Made by a program: the position numbers and the translations under genes
In this document: positions 39,025-53,043 of the stretch, piece by piece
Numbering within the stretch: the first letter of the stretch is position 1
Layout: each line of letters opens with the position of its first letter
The notes under the pieces: generated by a model
Told to the model about the DNA's origin: nothing
Seen by the model: the letters and a program-made list of their open reading frames with translations, nothing else
The model's database searches: none
Assembly: GCA_002633005.1 (NCBI GenBank)
Contig: NMRA01000151.1
Coordinates: 110,060 to 174,059 of the forward strand
DNA from: Phoronis australis
Taxonomy: Eukaryota; Animalia; Phoronida
DNA: 64,000 bases
Direction: 5' to 3'

Positions 39025-40046
39025 CTGCAAAGAAGCAAAAAATGTACTAAAAACTTTAAAATGAAAACTACAGCCATTAAGAAAAGTTTACATACCCCAT
39101 TGAAATTCACTCAACTCTAATCTACGTGCATGTATTAAGAAATTAAGAAGTAGACAAGTTTACAAAAAGATGGTCAGCAATGAAAGATTTATCAACAATG
39201 TAAAGCTACATTTCATTAATCACTCTCTCTCTCCCTCTCCCTACCTACCCCTCTCTCTCTTCACACAATGTACAGTACAAACTATTCTACATACTCCTTT
39301 TTGTTTGTGTTTTGTTTATTAAAACCCAGCTAGGGTGTACATTTAACTTTACTTGAACCCTCTGCTAAGTGACTGTAATATGTATAAGGCAAGGGAATCC
39401 CAGACCTTTGTAAATGCTCATCTGAGTTGGAAAAAAAGATAAAGTCAGTACCAACTTGACAAGGTAAGCGGTCTAATTCAAGAGTTAGTCTTTTTACATG
39501 GAGATTGCCAAGGGCGATTAGATTGCAGGATAAGAAATGTCAGGAGACAATTTTGCTTTAAAAAAATGCACGACGGTAGTTGAAAGAACATAAATTTGTC
39601 AAATGTCTTTATTTTAGGTTACCAAGAAATTCTAAAAACAGGATATGCCAAAAATAACCAGTTTTCTAACACGTGGAAACTTTCTGAATGGGCCAGTCAG
39701 CTGGGGTCAGTCAGCTGGGGCCAGTTTCACTAGAAAAATGTAATTTTGGGCCAAACACTAGAAGTAAGCAAGCATTTCACTATAAATAAACGTTGGAAGT
39801 TATTTTCTAAATCTGAAGACTGTTTAAACCAGTTTTTAATCTAAGAAAAAAGTAGTAAAAGGTTAGTAGCCACAGCTGATAATCAAGACTTACGACAACA
39901 AAATGTCATACATGTACTGATGCACATTTTTGGTCAAACAGATGATGTAAATCACACTATCGATATGCCTTGGAAACTTTCAAACAACGATACACTCACA
40001 GGCAGTAGAGAGAAATGACTCCATTATTAATATCATAAGTACTTAC

Positions 40047-40103
40047 CTATAACTTTCCTAGATGCCATTATACGACAGACAACGCGATACACCTCAACAA
40101 TAC
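40047..40103 (-). CDS. SYNRG: Synergin gamma exon
   Basis: GIVEVYRVVCRIMASRKVI, 57 nt, bounded by tgcag and gtaagt. Confidence 0.9.
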
Positions 40104-40480
40104 CTGCAAAGGACAACAATCACTAACAATAAGTAAGGCTGCCTGGAAGATAGAAAAGCTTGAAGACCTTACAATGGTTTAACTTAATATATAAACTGCA
40201 CAACTCTCAACAGGATTCCTAATAAGCGTTTATTTTAAGGGAATTAAAATTAATAAGACTAAGCATCAAGTAAACATAGCACAACTTGCTAACACTTCAA
40301 TAAAGCAGACGATGAATTGTTTGGCCCAAGTTTGAATCTTGTGTCTGCAGTCCATTACATGGCGCTCATTATACCCAGGTTGTCAAACAGTTTCAGGAAA
40401 AAAGTAGGCTTAATTTCTAACAAAAATTACAAATGCAATTGAAAAACGTGCCTTACGTGAAATCCCATGAATTAGCTTAC

Positions 40481-40631
40481 CTGAGAGATACTCAGTTCCC
40501 TTCTCAGACTGTATGATTTCCTTACACACAGATGGAGAGGTAATCTCGTTGAATGTACTGTTGGCATTTTTGAGCAGCTCATAGGCACTTTCCAGACATC
40601 TCTGCCACTTTACAAGGTGACGATCGCTGTC
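40481..40631 (-). CDS. SYNRG: Synergin gamma exon, C-terminal helical region
   Basis: DSDRHLVKWQRCLESAYELLKNANSTFNEITSPSVCKEIIQSEKGTEYLS contains the conserved WQRCL and VC.E.IQS motifs. Confidence 0.9.
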
Positions 40632-41631
40632 CTTTAAACAAAAAGTCCAACTTGATTAACAATGAAATGTAGACTACACATACTTGCACTTAATTTAATA
40701 AAATGACACACTTGGGCTGGATGTATTTGACTTATGACCCAGTGAGACAATTTAGATTCTACGACAAAGAACACCATACAGGTCACAAAATATGTTCTTC
40801 ATAAAACGTATCAGCATCCAAGGAACATGCAATAGTGTAAGTAATTGGTTACCGTACCCCCAATTCTGAGACAAGCACATTCATAGTCCATTGTATGGTG
40901 GTTATAGAATGAATGTTATCTACCATCAGGGTCTCACTGATGGTTGTGTAATATTGAATTAGCATGCTTATGCACAGTGTAATGCGATCAGTTAACACCC
41001 TGAAATAGCTAACACAGCCAAGTCCAACTGAGATTCTCCTTTCTGGCAAAAATATTGTTTGTGAATAGAAAAGCTCAATATTTCACGTATTTAATTGCTA
41101 AATACCACGATCCAGGGTTTAATATCTGTACTCAAATCTCAATGATTTGAAAATTGACCAATGGCGGCTGGGCGCGCTTTGAGAAAACTTACATACATTT
41201 ATTGTTAAATCATGCTACACGATTGGTTAGTTTTTAGCTAGTTTCTGAGTCAAGTCAGAGTACAGAGATTAAAGCCTATCTTCAACGGAATTTTGTTATT
41301 TTATTTGTATTGGGCTAACCAGATAGTCATAGCAAAGCCTTAGTAAAATAAGGGAACAAGAGTTCAATCATACAAATGTAAGCCCGTCAAATGATAGATG
41401 AAGTTGCCTTTACATGCCATGTTGCATCACCGCGAGATCCCAGCACAAACAAAGGGCCGATAGAAGTTGTACTTAATGGGGTTCTGAATAGAACACCATC
41501 GCGAGCCGGTGTTATTTGCAGCTGTTTGAATTAAAAGGTGATTTTCGCCATGACGTAGACAAAAGCAAGTCAATATACCTAACAGTTCGTTACATTTAGC
41601 AGTTATGGCACTGGTGGGCTCAGAGCAATAC

Positions 41632-42037
41632 CAAGGTACCAAAACTACATGGTCAACGGACTCATAAACACGGGCACGGACGCACGAACACGACTCACGG
41701 ACCTGCAAACACGGTCCACTGACTCACAAACACGGGAATGAACTCACAAAACACGATCCACACACCCAAATACACGGGTCATAGACTCATATTCATGAGG
41801 AAACACGGTTAACACCCAGGAAGCCGATGAGTCCGTGACCCGTGTTTAACGGTCCGTTAACCGTGTTTCCTCGTGAATATGAGTCCGTGTCCCGTGTATT
41901 TGGGTGCGTGGATCGTGTTTTGTGAGTCCCTTCCCGTGTTTGTGAGTCAGTGGACAGTGTTTGCAGGTCCGTGAGTCGTGTTCATGCCTCTGTGCCCGTG
42001 TTTATGAGTCCGTTGACCGTGTAGTTTAGGTACCTTG
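41632..42037. mobile_element. Fold-back MITE with 5-bp TSD
   Basis: Near-perfect inverted arms of ~180 bp, CAAGGTACC...GGTACCTTG; TSD AATAC on both sides. Confidence 0.9.
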
Positions 42038-43725
42038 AATACTATAGGAACCAAATTTACATTTTTTTTTTTAAATTGGCTGGGGGGAGGGTTATTTTGC
42101 TATGACTTTACCTTTCTTGCACATGAAAATTTGACTTAAAAGCATGGTCATGTGACAATAATGAAGACACAGTAGTAAGAAGCATCGATATTACTCCTTT
42201 CAGAAAATATATACTTTTAATGGTTGACAAAGCAGAGTGTTTTCTTCGTTTGACTTAAGGTCCTAAATTACCTAGGGGCAAAGATCTATGACCATACATC
42301 AGCATCAACACAGGATAAATACGGAGAGCACAGCAAGCCAAAAGAAGTACAAAAACAACATAAAGCTTTAATATGTGTTCACAATGCACAACAGATGGGA
42401 GCTTTCTAGGAAATTTGTTTATCAGTTTCATGTAATGAACAAGGAGACAACAATTTGACCACAACGGAAAGCTGCAATGTCAGAATTGACAAAAAGTGTT
42501 GGTATCACACCTTTTACAACTCGCATCAAATCAAGAACTTAAAAAATTATTTTCAATATTTGCAGCAAACAAATAAAACATGCCACAAAGAACACAGCAC
42601 TAGGCATCCAAACATTAGCAGGTCTAGTCCATATCACAAGGTTTGGCAGACAAATGGAATATGGCTGGACTTTTGTAGTTTGCCATTGTTGACAAAGAAG
42701 ATTTAGTTGCAGAGAGCAACAGCATAACTGGCTAGGGTCATGAATGAGAAAAAGGAGATTCATCATCATGACTTCCTGAATTTGTGTGGATGTTGGATGG
42801 GCCTTGGAGTTTTATCATCTTGAAATAACTGAAGCCGAAGGGCAAAAATCCCTGGGAAAATGTCATTTCCTATAGCACAATTCACTTACTTTGCTGCCTC
42901 ACCACCTAAATTTGCACAAGCCCCAGGGCATTGGCCTCTGTGAACTCCCCTCTTAATATCACAGTCTGTTCATCTGATAGAAAGTGCACACTCCCAAATT
43001 ATCAAGGAGGGTTTAGCAAGGCCTTTAACAGAGAACCCAACAAAGTCATAAGGACATATCACTATACGCCCAACTGCAACATGTAGTGATGCAGTCTGCA
43101 TGTAATATGCTATAAGATTTACCACTTCTTGTTTAAGCCACCCATTAATAAAACACAACTAAATGAATACGTATTGAACGATCCGCATACTTTTGGGTAC
43201 CTTAAATACTACTAAAGTGTGAATTTTACTTGTGTTATCATCCCGTCTCTAACATAAGTTACATGAAATTGATTTCCCAGTAAAATTAGATAAATGCCCA
43301 ACACACCTTAGCCATGTCACAGCCAGGCTAGATTCTGTAGACCCCAAGACACTAGCTTGAGCTTGTGGAAAAAAATCTAGCACTTAAGAAATGGAAACAA
43401 TGAAATCAAATCTAAGAATCAAAATTACAACCTCACCGAACAACCAAGTTTCAGTATCTGCCACATTGCTGGGATAATGTAACAAGATCCCAAGCATAAT
43501 CGTGAAACACTCACACCTTTCACTCTCGTGATCATGCGAGGTCTTGCCAGATCTTCCTTTCCTTGGAAGAAACTTTGCCTAAAGAATGCTACCCTGATTT
43601 TACATTGCTATCCATATTTTACGTACTCTTGCCCTTGTTAGCATGGAGAAGCCATACACTGCTGACATGGTCACGGAGGTAAAGAACAACAAATGTTACA
43701 ATACGTTACCCAACCCAAGTCCTAC

Positions 43726-43823
43726 CTCTATATCATGCATTATCTTGCTATATCTATCACCCACTATAGGGGTATTAGTCTCCTCCAGTAGCTCACTAGC
43801 TGACCGAGGCTTAGACTGCTTCT
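43726..43823 (-). CDS. SYNRG: Synergin gamma exon
   Basis: EKQSKPRSASELLEETNTPIVGDRYSKIMHDIE, bounded by ttcag and gtagga. Phase 1 to 0 bridges the flanking exons. Confidence 0.8.
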
Positions 43824-44654
43824 CTGAAACATAATCAACAAAAAAATTAACTTAAGGCAAAAATTCTTCAATTTGAGACACAATATGGCGGACAGGTAAA
43901 ATGTCATCTCTCAACAAAAATAACTTTTCAGAAAAATTTACTTTGTGTTTAGCATGGTTTGTAATGCATAGCTATAACCAAACAACATTTGATAATATTT
44001 GGAGCATTTGCAACAATGTGGTAAGCATATGACGAATAGAAATATGGCAATTTAGCAATAATATTATTTTCGTCCCAAATTAGAAGAATTTTTACTGCAC
44101 ATTATACAGTTTAACATTGAGAAAAAGTCCATGCTTTGATGTTCGCTGTTCAAACAGCTTGTATAGAATAAAGCGGACTTGCACAATTCTAGGACTAATC
44201 ACTAATTTTCAAACATTTTTTTGTTCTAGATGCACATTTTAAAGCAGTGTTAAAAGTCACCTTAAAGCCAAGATATATCCATCCTCTATCCATTTTCAGT
44301 TTCAACACCAACTTTTGACTTACAACTCAGTGTAACCAAATGGCTCCTGTTATTCCTTATAACGACTAGAAGTAACTAATGATCCTCACAAGACCTAAGA
44401 CTACGTTATTGCTTACTAAGCACTGAAACTAACATTAGTTGTTTGGACGTAAAGGAATATTACTGCAGAGTGATCGCTGGCATTTTGTGGTGCTTTTAAA
44501 CAAACACCTGAAAAACAACACAGCGTACAGATATGAAATAATATTTGTAGTTTTGAATTGCCTAACAACATTTGTGCCAATCTACAGCATTATTCCCAGT
44601 AACAAGTAAATCATCAATACACAAATTCTTAAAGGATTCTATATCAAAACTAAC

Positions 44655-45383
44655 CTGTAGCAGTGTTCTTTGGCAAGCTGTGATTGACTGTCCGTGGAGG
44701 TATGGATGGAGCAGAGTTGAACTCTCCAAAACTTTCCTCTACCACCGGTATGGTACTGATGTCATCATTGTCAACCTGTGATGGCTTCAGGTCTAGACTC
44801 TCCAGTGACTTGACATCAGAGCTGCTGGCAGACTTGACCATCTCTAGGCCACCATAGTCAGAACTACACGTTGAGTGGTTGTCACCACCACCTGACCCAG
44901 CTGATGATTGGTTCTTGACGCTTGGCAAATCCAGGCTTGATATTGATTGGCTGTCAGGATGGGTACGCAACTTCCAGCTTGGGAACATGTCCAAGCTGCA
45001 AGCAGACTGGCTGTCTGATATTGATATGACTCCCTGCAACGAACTCACCCCTGGAGGCGCACACGACTCAAGGAATTCTGAGCTAGATGACCCAGAATCT
45101 TTCATCGACTGTCCGTCAAGATCAAAATCTTTTCCTTTTTGGCCTGGCTCAACTTTCACAGGAGGTTGATGGCCGAAAAAGTTCCTTTTTGTTCTCAAGT
45201 GGTCAGCTGCAAAGGCAAGATCTGTTGGAGTCTTTGGGCTGTCATCAGGAAACGGAGGCGGGGAAGGTCGGAGGTCAAAGTCGTCACGATCATCACCAAT
45301 ACTACTCAAAGGTGGCGGCTGGGGCTTCCAAGAAAAGTCACTTTCTGATGAGTTCATACTGGCTTGCAAATGATGAAATTTAT
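44655..45383 (-). CDS. SYNRG: Synergin gamma exon
   Basis: DKFHHLQ...SQSISSLDLP...SVKSLESLDL-like repeats...EESFGEF, 729 nt, phase 1 to 1. Confidence 0.88.
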
Positions 45384-46604
45384 CTGGAAGTGAAAAAAGT
45401 GACAGAAGATGCAAATTTTAACAAAAAATATAAAGATCAGACAAAGGAGAATAATATATTATCATAATAATAAAATTGAAGCTCAAATTATCAAGTTTAA
45501 CTGTTTTTCAACATAGTATGTTTAATTACAGTGGAACTTTTACAAGGTATTTCCAAACATTCTATTTATACAGAAGTAATTTTCAGAATACTTCAATCAA
45601 AAGTACTCATAGTATCAACTACTAGTACCCCTGCAGTTACTTTTCGTGTGAAAATATGAAGTTTGCCAACACACAGAAGACTCACAATTTTAGGTACACT
45701 GATGTTACCAAAATTTAGAAATACATAACATCATTCTTTAATCTATGTACTATAGACCAAAAAATAAAAATCATTGGAGTCTGTTAAGCAACAATTATTT
45801 AAAACAAGAATAACTAATATATTATGGGCTATCAAAACTGAACCATCAAAGTGTAACATCTGAAGTAAAATGAACAGACAAAATATTGTGTTTTTTCTAA
45901 CATTCTTCATGACAAGGAACTATGTTCAAACATTCTTTCTAACTGTCTTCATACTTTGGTCTTCTGTATATTTTTTGGACTACATGGGTGTAAATAAGAC
46001 CATTAACTCTTTGATTAGAAAAATATTGAGCAACACTTGGTGCTTTACAAAAGATTAATGTCACCTGTTAAGGTGACTTTTGTCAAATTTTCTCCAGTCG
46101 ACATTTCCACAAGAGAAACGGAAGTCTTGATTATTTGACAGTTGAGCTCTTGGGCAAAAACGTTTTGAAAGAAAATCACAGACAAGCCTTTTTATAGCTA
46201 ATAAAATAGATTCTGTGATCATACATACACGTGCACATACACGCATGGACATTCCTGGACTGTGCCTTTGCGCCATTAGTGCATAAAAAATAAAAAGGAG
46301 CAAGTACATCGCAGCAGTGCGCCCCCCGGGCACATCTAAAACACAACTCTTCCAAAAATGATAGATTCTAGTCAACTTGTAGTCAATAGGGTAAAACATG
46401 ACTGTTCTTAAAGCGATTGGCCTTGGGTTTCTGTTTCTTATGTTACCACTTTAATTACACTAAGTCCGCTGAGCACAATTTTTTTGTAAAAAGGTACACT
46501 GTTGTCATCAGGTAAATCCCCAAAGGGCATAGATTAAAACCTGGTCAGGAACGTCGCTGTACATGACGTACACATACATGAACATGTGTACTGAGCTGAG
46601 GAGC

Positions 46605-46705
46605 TTGAGACTGGACTCAAGGGTCCAGCAGTGTGCCCCAGTGGGACTCGAACCCATGACCTTCATAGAAAGCTGACACTCATCCCACTAGGCCACACTG
46701 CTTCC
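46605..46705 (-). mobile_element. tRNA-derived SINE-like head
   Basis: Minus strand GGAAGCAGTG-TGGCCTAGTGG (A-box)...GGTTCGAGTCC (B-box); no proper cloverleaf. Confidence 0.6.
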
Positions 46706-46709
46706 TCTA

Positions 46710-48536
46710 GGAGTGTTAGGGGGCACCAATCTAGTCAAAATAGTCCAAAATTCATTGTCAGCCATGCTTTTCTTAGCAAGAACACAATATACTGACTTCA
46801 TTATCATTGTTAGAGTGGTTGGCGAAACAGAAATGGACGCCAAAAACAGACTAGAAAATAATAAAATTGGCCACTAGGAGGTGTACACTATGTCAAAGCC
46901 ATTGTAACACGGGAAGTTGTTATCGCCTCTTTTGACTTTTTGCCAGAGTTCATAAAAATGTTCAAGAAATATGAAGATGCAGTGAAAAACAAAAACAAAA
47001 ATTGCCCCAAGATGGCACAGTGAAAATGGAATCCACCCAAAAGTTGACGTCATCTTTTGTTGTCGACTTCATATAAATAAACTTGCCAAATTTAGTACAG
47101 ATCCTTCAGAGGATTTAGGAGATACAGTCATGAACACCAACAAGAGCAACGCGAAGCATTGAAATGCGCCCACAATTGCACCGCATACGGTATCCTTCTA
47201 GGGTTGTTTATTGGTACCTTAAAGTGGCCAGAAGAGGGCATACTTTGCAAAATGGAAAGGCATGGTCATTGTCTCCTCAATAGGCTAGGGGCAAAATGTG
47301 AGTAATCTTCATAATACAAGCACATCCTATACACCAGTTGCTTAAAGCACCACAGAAACACAGAATTAAAAACAAATTTACCAACATACGAGATTAGCAC
47401 AGCATTAGAATGCCTGAAAAAAATTTCTACTTGGAACTTTTCCTTCATAGTCACGAAGTAACACAAAGTATACACCTGAAGACCTATGAAAATACAGAGG
47501 TCAATGTACCGTAAAATACTAAAATTGCCACTAGAAGCAAATACTAAAATTGCCACTAGAGCCATACCGGTAATCAGAATCATCCTAAAGTTGTTATCGT
47601 CCGTTGTCAACATCACATTAATACACTTGCTAAATTTAGTAAAGATCCTGCAAACGGTTTGGGAGATACAGCCATAGGCGCAAAAAAACAAAACTGCCAC
47701 TAGGAGGCGCCACAGTAGTCCAAATCGTCTGAAAATCATTGTCAGCTGTCTTCCTTATAGTAAGAACATACACGCCAATTTTCACAATCATCCTTTGAGC
47801 GGTTTGGTTGATAGAGGGGTGGACGCAAAAATACAGACTCGAAAACAGTAAAAATGGCCACTAGGTGGCGCAAACTACGTCGAATCCATCTGAAANAATA
47901 TGAAGATGCAGTGAAAAACAAAAACAAAAATTGCCCCAAGATGGCACAGTGAAAATGGAATCCACCCAAAAGTTGACGTCATCTTTTGTTGTCGACTTCA
48001 TATAAATAAACTTGCCAAATTTAGTACAGATCCTTCAGAGGATTTAGGAGATACAGTCATGAACACCAAAAAAACAAAAACGCCAATAGGAAACAACACA
48101 ATAGTCGGAGCTGTACAAAAACCATCGTTAGCTGTCCTCTTCAAAGTACGAACATTTATGCCATCCTTGATTGTTAGAGAGGCGGACTCGAAAGCAGTAA
48201 AAATGGCCACTAGGTGACGTAAAATAGTTCAAATCCATTCAAAAAGGGAAAGGTAGAGCCACCTCACTACTAGATACCTGTTTGCGAAATCATGCAAAAA
48301 TCTGTTACGGAACATCAAAGATAAACTAGGGTAAATATAAAAAATTAAAATTTCCACTAGGGGGACACTGATACTCAGATCTGTCTGAAAATCCGTTCAT
48401 AATGTCCCATCCATAAAAGATCTGCAAAATTTCATAAGCATCTAGGGGTTTAGGAGATACAACATTGGACATAGGACAAACGGACAGGGATGATGGCATG
48501 ATGCGTCCACATAGTTATATGTTGGTGCATAAAAAT
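46710..48536 (+). mobile_element. HINE-like family B, nested/compound copies
   Basis: Shared subunits; a new family head begins at ~47139; 3' hairpin and GCATAAAAA at ~48536. Confidence 0.7.
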
Positions 48537-48687
48537 GTTTTGTAGATCTGGTATTGATACTTCAATGTTATTTAAGACATTTACTACTTCCTAATGAAGG
48601 CAGTTTAAGCATTGGGAAATGGACACCACAAAGCATTCCACTATATCATTCGCCAACGTAAACAAGATACGACAAAAGACTACTCAC

Positions 48688-50100
48688 CGTTAGTGACACC
48701 TGGTGATGCTGATGATCGGGACCTTGACAGTGGCGGATGTGCAAGGTCATCGACATCATCTTCCAAATCCAGAGGTGGTGGCTCAGTGTCCCAAGTGGTA
48801 ATGTTGGAAGCAAGTTGAGGTGGAGTCCTTGACTTCACAGGAGAAGGAAAGTCAGCAAAATCATCACCAGGGAAGGTTGGTTTGGAAGAGGGCATTGTTT
48901 CTGTTCCTTGGAAATTGTTTTCTGGAAGTTTTGCATTGCTGTGGAGTGTACAACCAGTACCAAAAGACGTAAAATCGGCAAACTCATCATCGTTGTGCTC
49001 CTGAAGTGAAAGTGCCGTGGCAAGTATTCCCATACTCTGAACATTAGTAGATGTGAATGCTGAGAAGTCATCCCCACCTTTTTCAGATGACATAACCACA
49101 TTAGAATTGGCCCCAGCATAGCTTGATGCAGACACGGCTGTCATTTTTTCACTAGAACACTGTACCTGATTGAGAACCTCATTAGCGGAAGTAAAATCTG
49201 CAAATTCATCATCATCAACATGTAAGTTGTCACTGGCCGACTGTAGACTTGGTGCTGTGTCTGGAGTGGCAGAAAATAAACTAAGAATCTGGCTTTTAAC
49301 ATTTGAAGACTTGCTATTGTCTGTATTTTCACTTGTAGGTTTGCTTTGGGTTGTGTCAGTAAACAAATCAGCCCCTTTCATAGATTCTGACTGTGATCTC
49401 GGGCTAGTCAGAAAATCTCCAAAGTCATCATCTTGCAGTGTGCCATTATTTTCCACAGGTTTCAAGGAGTTCACGAACACACTTGAAGGTTGTGTCTCGG
49501 GGGCAATTTCAAAATCCCGTAATGCACCGTATTTGTCGTCCTCAAGAGACATAAGTGAAGTGCCATTGTCAATGTCATTATTCGGGAATACAGTTTGTTG
49601 ACTGTTTACCGCAGTCATTACAACTGGGGCACTAGAAAAGTCTGCCCAGTCACCGTCGTGTGAAGACACAAGATGTGAACTATCATTATTTTGCTCAGTG
49701 AAACTATTAGCAGTGATAGAACTGCCAAATTTCGCTGCCTGTTCTTGTTTTACTGTTTTTGCAGCTTCAACACTTTCTGCCTGTTGAAAGTCAGCAAATT
49801 CCCCAGCGTTACCACTAACAGCTGAAGCTGTGTCAAAATTACCGAATTTGTCTTTCACCACCTTTCCTTGCATCTCCTTTCTGGGTTTGTCGCTGAAGAA
49901 GTTATACGGGGAGCTGTCTTTGTTCTTTGACAGTTCGAACACCATGACACGTGACCTTGACATACCCTTGGACAGATCGGATGAGCACGAGCTAGAATCG
50001 CTGGATGACTCGGCGTTACTGTCGGTGCGAACTGATGATGAGTAGCTACTGCTGGAGTCTGTGTAAGGCGAGGCAGCTTTGAAGTCATCAAAGTCATCAT
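48688..50100 (-). CDS. SYNRG: Synergin gamma large disordered exon with AP-1 gamma-ear motifs
   Basis: 1413-nt open exon with many DDFxDF/EFADF/DWADF motifs and EDDKYGALR. Phase 1 to 1. Confidence 0.92.
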
Positions 50101-51362
50101 CTGCAACAACATTCAAGGACAAATGTCAAGATCAGCAAATCAAATAACGAAAAATGGCTTTATAACAAAATTTCAACAAACTGCGTGGTAATTAGGCCCA
50201 AGGAACATCTCCTGGCATTTGTGAAATATAGTAATTTATTTTTGAGTTCTCAAATGCTAAAATGTAATGTCAGTCTCAAAGTGCCAGTGAATTTCAGCTG
50301 ACATGCACACAGTTTACAATATTATTTTAAAGTTCCCATCATACATTTTGTAAGTGCAATCAAAGAAATGGAAAAGAAACAGCAAGGCAGGTAGAACCCA
50401 CACTTGCATAAAACTGTATGCCAAATATTCACTACCAGAGACACCTTTCCAAAGGGACGTAACTATGTACTTCATCGATATTTAATATGCATAGAAAATA
50501 GTTGGTAAGCAGTACAAGGTCTCCATAGGCATTTTTCCCATTTGAGTCAATGGTCATCAACAGTAAGAGGCAGATAAAACGAGTTGAAAACATATTCTAG
50601 AATTTTGTGTACATTTAGAAAGAGAGGTGCAATGTACAGAAATAACAATTAGGCCATAGCACTTTGATACTGAGCAATAATGGATTGATTTTTGAAATAA
50701 AATCCTTAGCTAACAATACTAATTACAGTGAAGGAAAACACAAGAGCAACGTGGACCACTGGTAATGGCCTACAATGTGCATTGCATTTAGCGCAGATAC
50801 AAGGATGATAACATTCCCATTAAATTGAACAATTTTATTAAATTCAAAATAGCCTCTAGGGGGTGCATAACAAGTCAGGAATTCTCTCGTAGGAACATAC
50901 CTGCCAAGACCGTTGCTGGACGGATTGATGAATAGAAATGATGGCATAATGCGGTCACAGCCAAGCAACAGCCACCCACGCAACATAAATACACACACAC
51001 ACACGCCCACGCACACACATCGGACGATGGCTTAGCACGCTTATAATACTGCTCAGTCCAACTAAACTTTCATTTCCCTACAGAATAGTCAACTGATACT
51101 GATGATAACATTTAAATTCTGCTTCACAGTTGACAACCTTGCCAATTGGACAGGAGGTTCCCAGTTTTTGGCAAACCCCACAATCACAAAAAACAGACAG
51201 AGTATAGATTGAAGAAGACTAGAGTGATGAACATATAAGGGATCAGATGATAATTGAAAACAAATAGGTGACTACCAGAGTGTTGGCAAATATGATACAC
51301 ATACGAATACCAAGGATCACCTTTGCTTGTAACACAAAACAAATAAACGCTGCAAATACTAC

Positions 51363-51681
51363 CATCATCATGGACCGAGGATGAAGGTGGTACATCCTCC
51401 AATCCAGGTTCAAGTTGAGTCTCCATCTGAAAAATGTCACTGCTTGGCACCATCTCAGGGGACTGCACCCCAGTGGAAGGTTGATTCACTGACCCTAAAG
51501 GCACTTGTGGTGTAGGAGATGAGTGTATCGTCACCTGTGAGGAGGCAGTAGTAGTTGTCACATGTGATGTGGGCGTGTGGGGCCCAGTGGCAGAATATGG
51601 GGTTACGTGCTGTCCGAGATTGGGGACAGGGGCTTGAGGGAACTGGTGAAGCACCTCTAAGCCTGGCACTGGGACACGATT
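51363..51681 (-). CDS. SYNRG: Synergin gamma exon
   Basis: NRVPVPGLEVLHQFPQAPVPNL...SSVHDD. Canonical sites, phase 0 to 1. Confidence 0.85.
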
Positions 51682-52029
51682 CTGGAAAGAAATGAATTGA
51701 AACATTTGCTAGGAAAGTTCCTACTAATAACCAACTTTGACAAAGTTTAGACAAGCTTAACAATACAGAACCGTATTTGATATGATCATTCTCCAAAATT
51801 TGCATTTCCTTGCTGTGTTGCTACCAAGTGTTCAGTTAGCTTGAAAAAGAGTACTGTACAGAGGGTAACATAAATCGGGCTTGTAAAAAATCTTGAATAA
51901 GCTTGTTCAGCCAGTCACCCTTTTCAACATTGAATTCCAAGCGTAGAAAAAATCATGCCTTGAAACTATTGCTGCGCAAGCTTGAATAACATTGTTGAAT
52001 GTATATCTTTGGCTACTGACTGTACCGTG

Positions 52030-52805
52030 AAAAATGATCTCAGTGTATAGATTACTCAAGTTGAACTCATGGAGCTATTTAAATCTGCCACTAGCAAACC
52101 CATTTCATATTTAATGGGGAGGATTTTAACCAAATTGATGGTATAGTAATGGGTTCACCTTTGGCTCCCATATTAGCCAGAATGTTTTTAGGTAATCATG
52201 AGAAAACATGGATTGAGATGTACGCTGGTCTTCATGTCTATTTCTATGGACGATATGTGGATGATGTGTTTTGTATATCTGAGTCAGCAGTCAGCCCAGG
52301 AATTTTTGGTGTATTTAAACTCGAGGCATCGTAACTTGAAATTCAGTGTAGAATTAGAGGTAGACAACATTTTGCCATTTCTGGACGTGTTAGTGGAGCG
52401 TGAGGGTACCTCAGTGGTAACATCAGTATTTCATAAGAAGACCTGCACAGGACTGTACATTTATTTTCATACTTTCCCTCTATTGTTTGTAAGGTGGGTC
52501 TCATTAAAACTCTAACAGACAGGGTATATCCCATTAACAATCCTTGGACTAGATTTGATTCGAATATTAAAGAACTTACATTGAATTTGCAAAAGAATGG
52601 CTATTCCCTAGAATTAGTCAATAGGGCACTGAAAGCAAGACTGCGACGTAACCTTGATGATATTCATCCTATAGATAAAACTAACTACAAGTACTTTAAA
52701 ATGCACTATGTTGGTTTTTACGCCAAGATTGTTCAACAAAAACTCAACAAATTGGTGAATCATTACAGTGTTAACTTAAGAGTTGTATTAACATTCAAGT
52801 CTCTA
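52030..52805 (+). mobile_element. Penelope/Poseidon-like reverse transcriptase fragment
   Basis: QIDGIVMGSPLAPILA, RYVDDVF, YLNSRHRNLKFSVE...LPFLDVLV and GLIKTLTDR across frameshifts. Confidence 0.88.
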
Positions 52806-53043
52806 AATTCTGAAAGAAGTTCACATATTAATATTCATCTGCAGAGCTCTAGTCATTATTATGAGCAATGTTCCTTCAAGATGTTTGATTGCAGTACTAA
52901 GTCAATAATGGTCACCTACAAGAGTCCCACAATTTGGGAACCAGTTTTCTCAACTGAATAACGGGCATCAAACTGGTTCTCAAAATTTGTGACACCTGTA
53001 AGTGACATTGCCCAACAGAAAACTAGGCAACAAGGCAACCAAC

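Noticed and set aside
43516-43580. Possible additional SYNRG exon (AKFLPRKGRSG...)
   Set aside because: The available donors give phase 1 or 2, incompatible with the phase-0 junction between the exons at 43726 and 40631.
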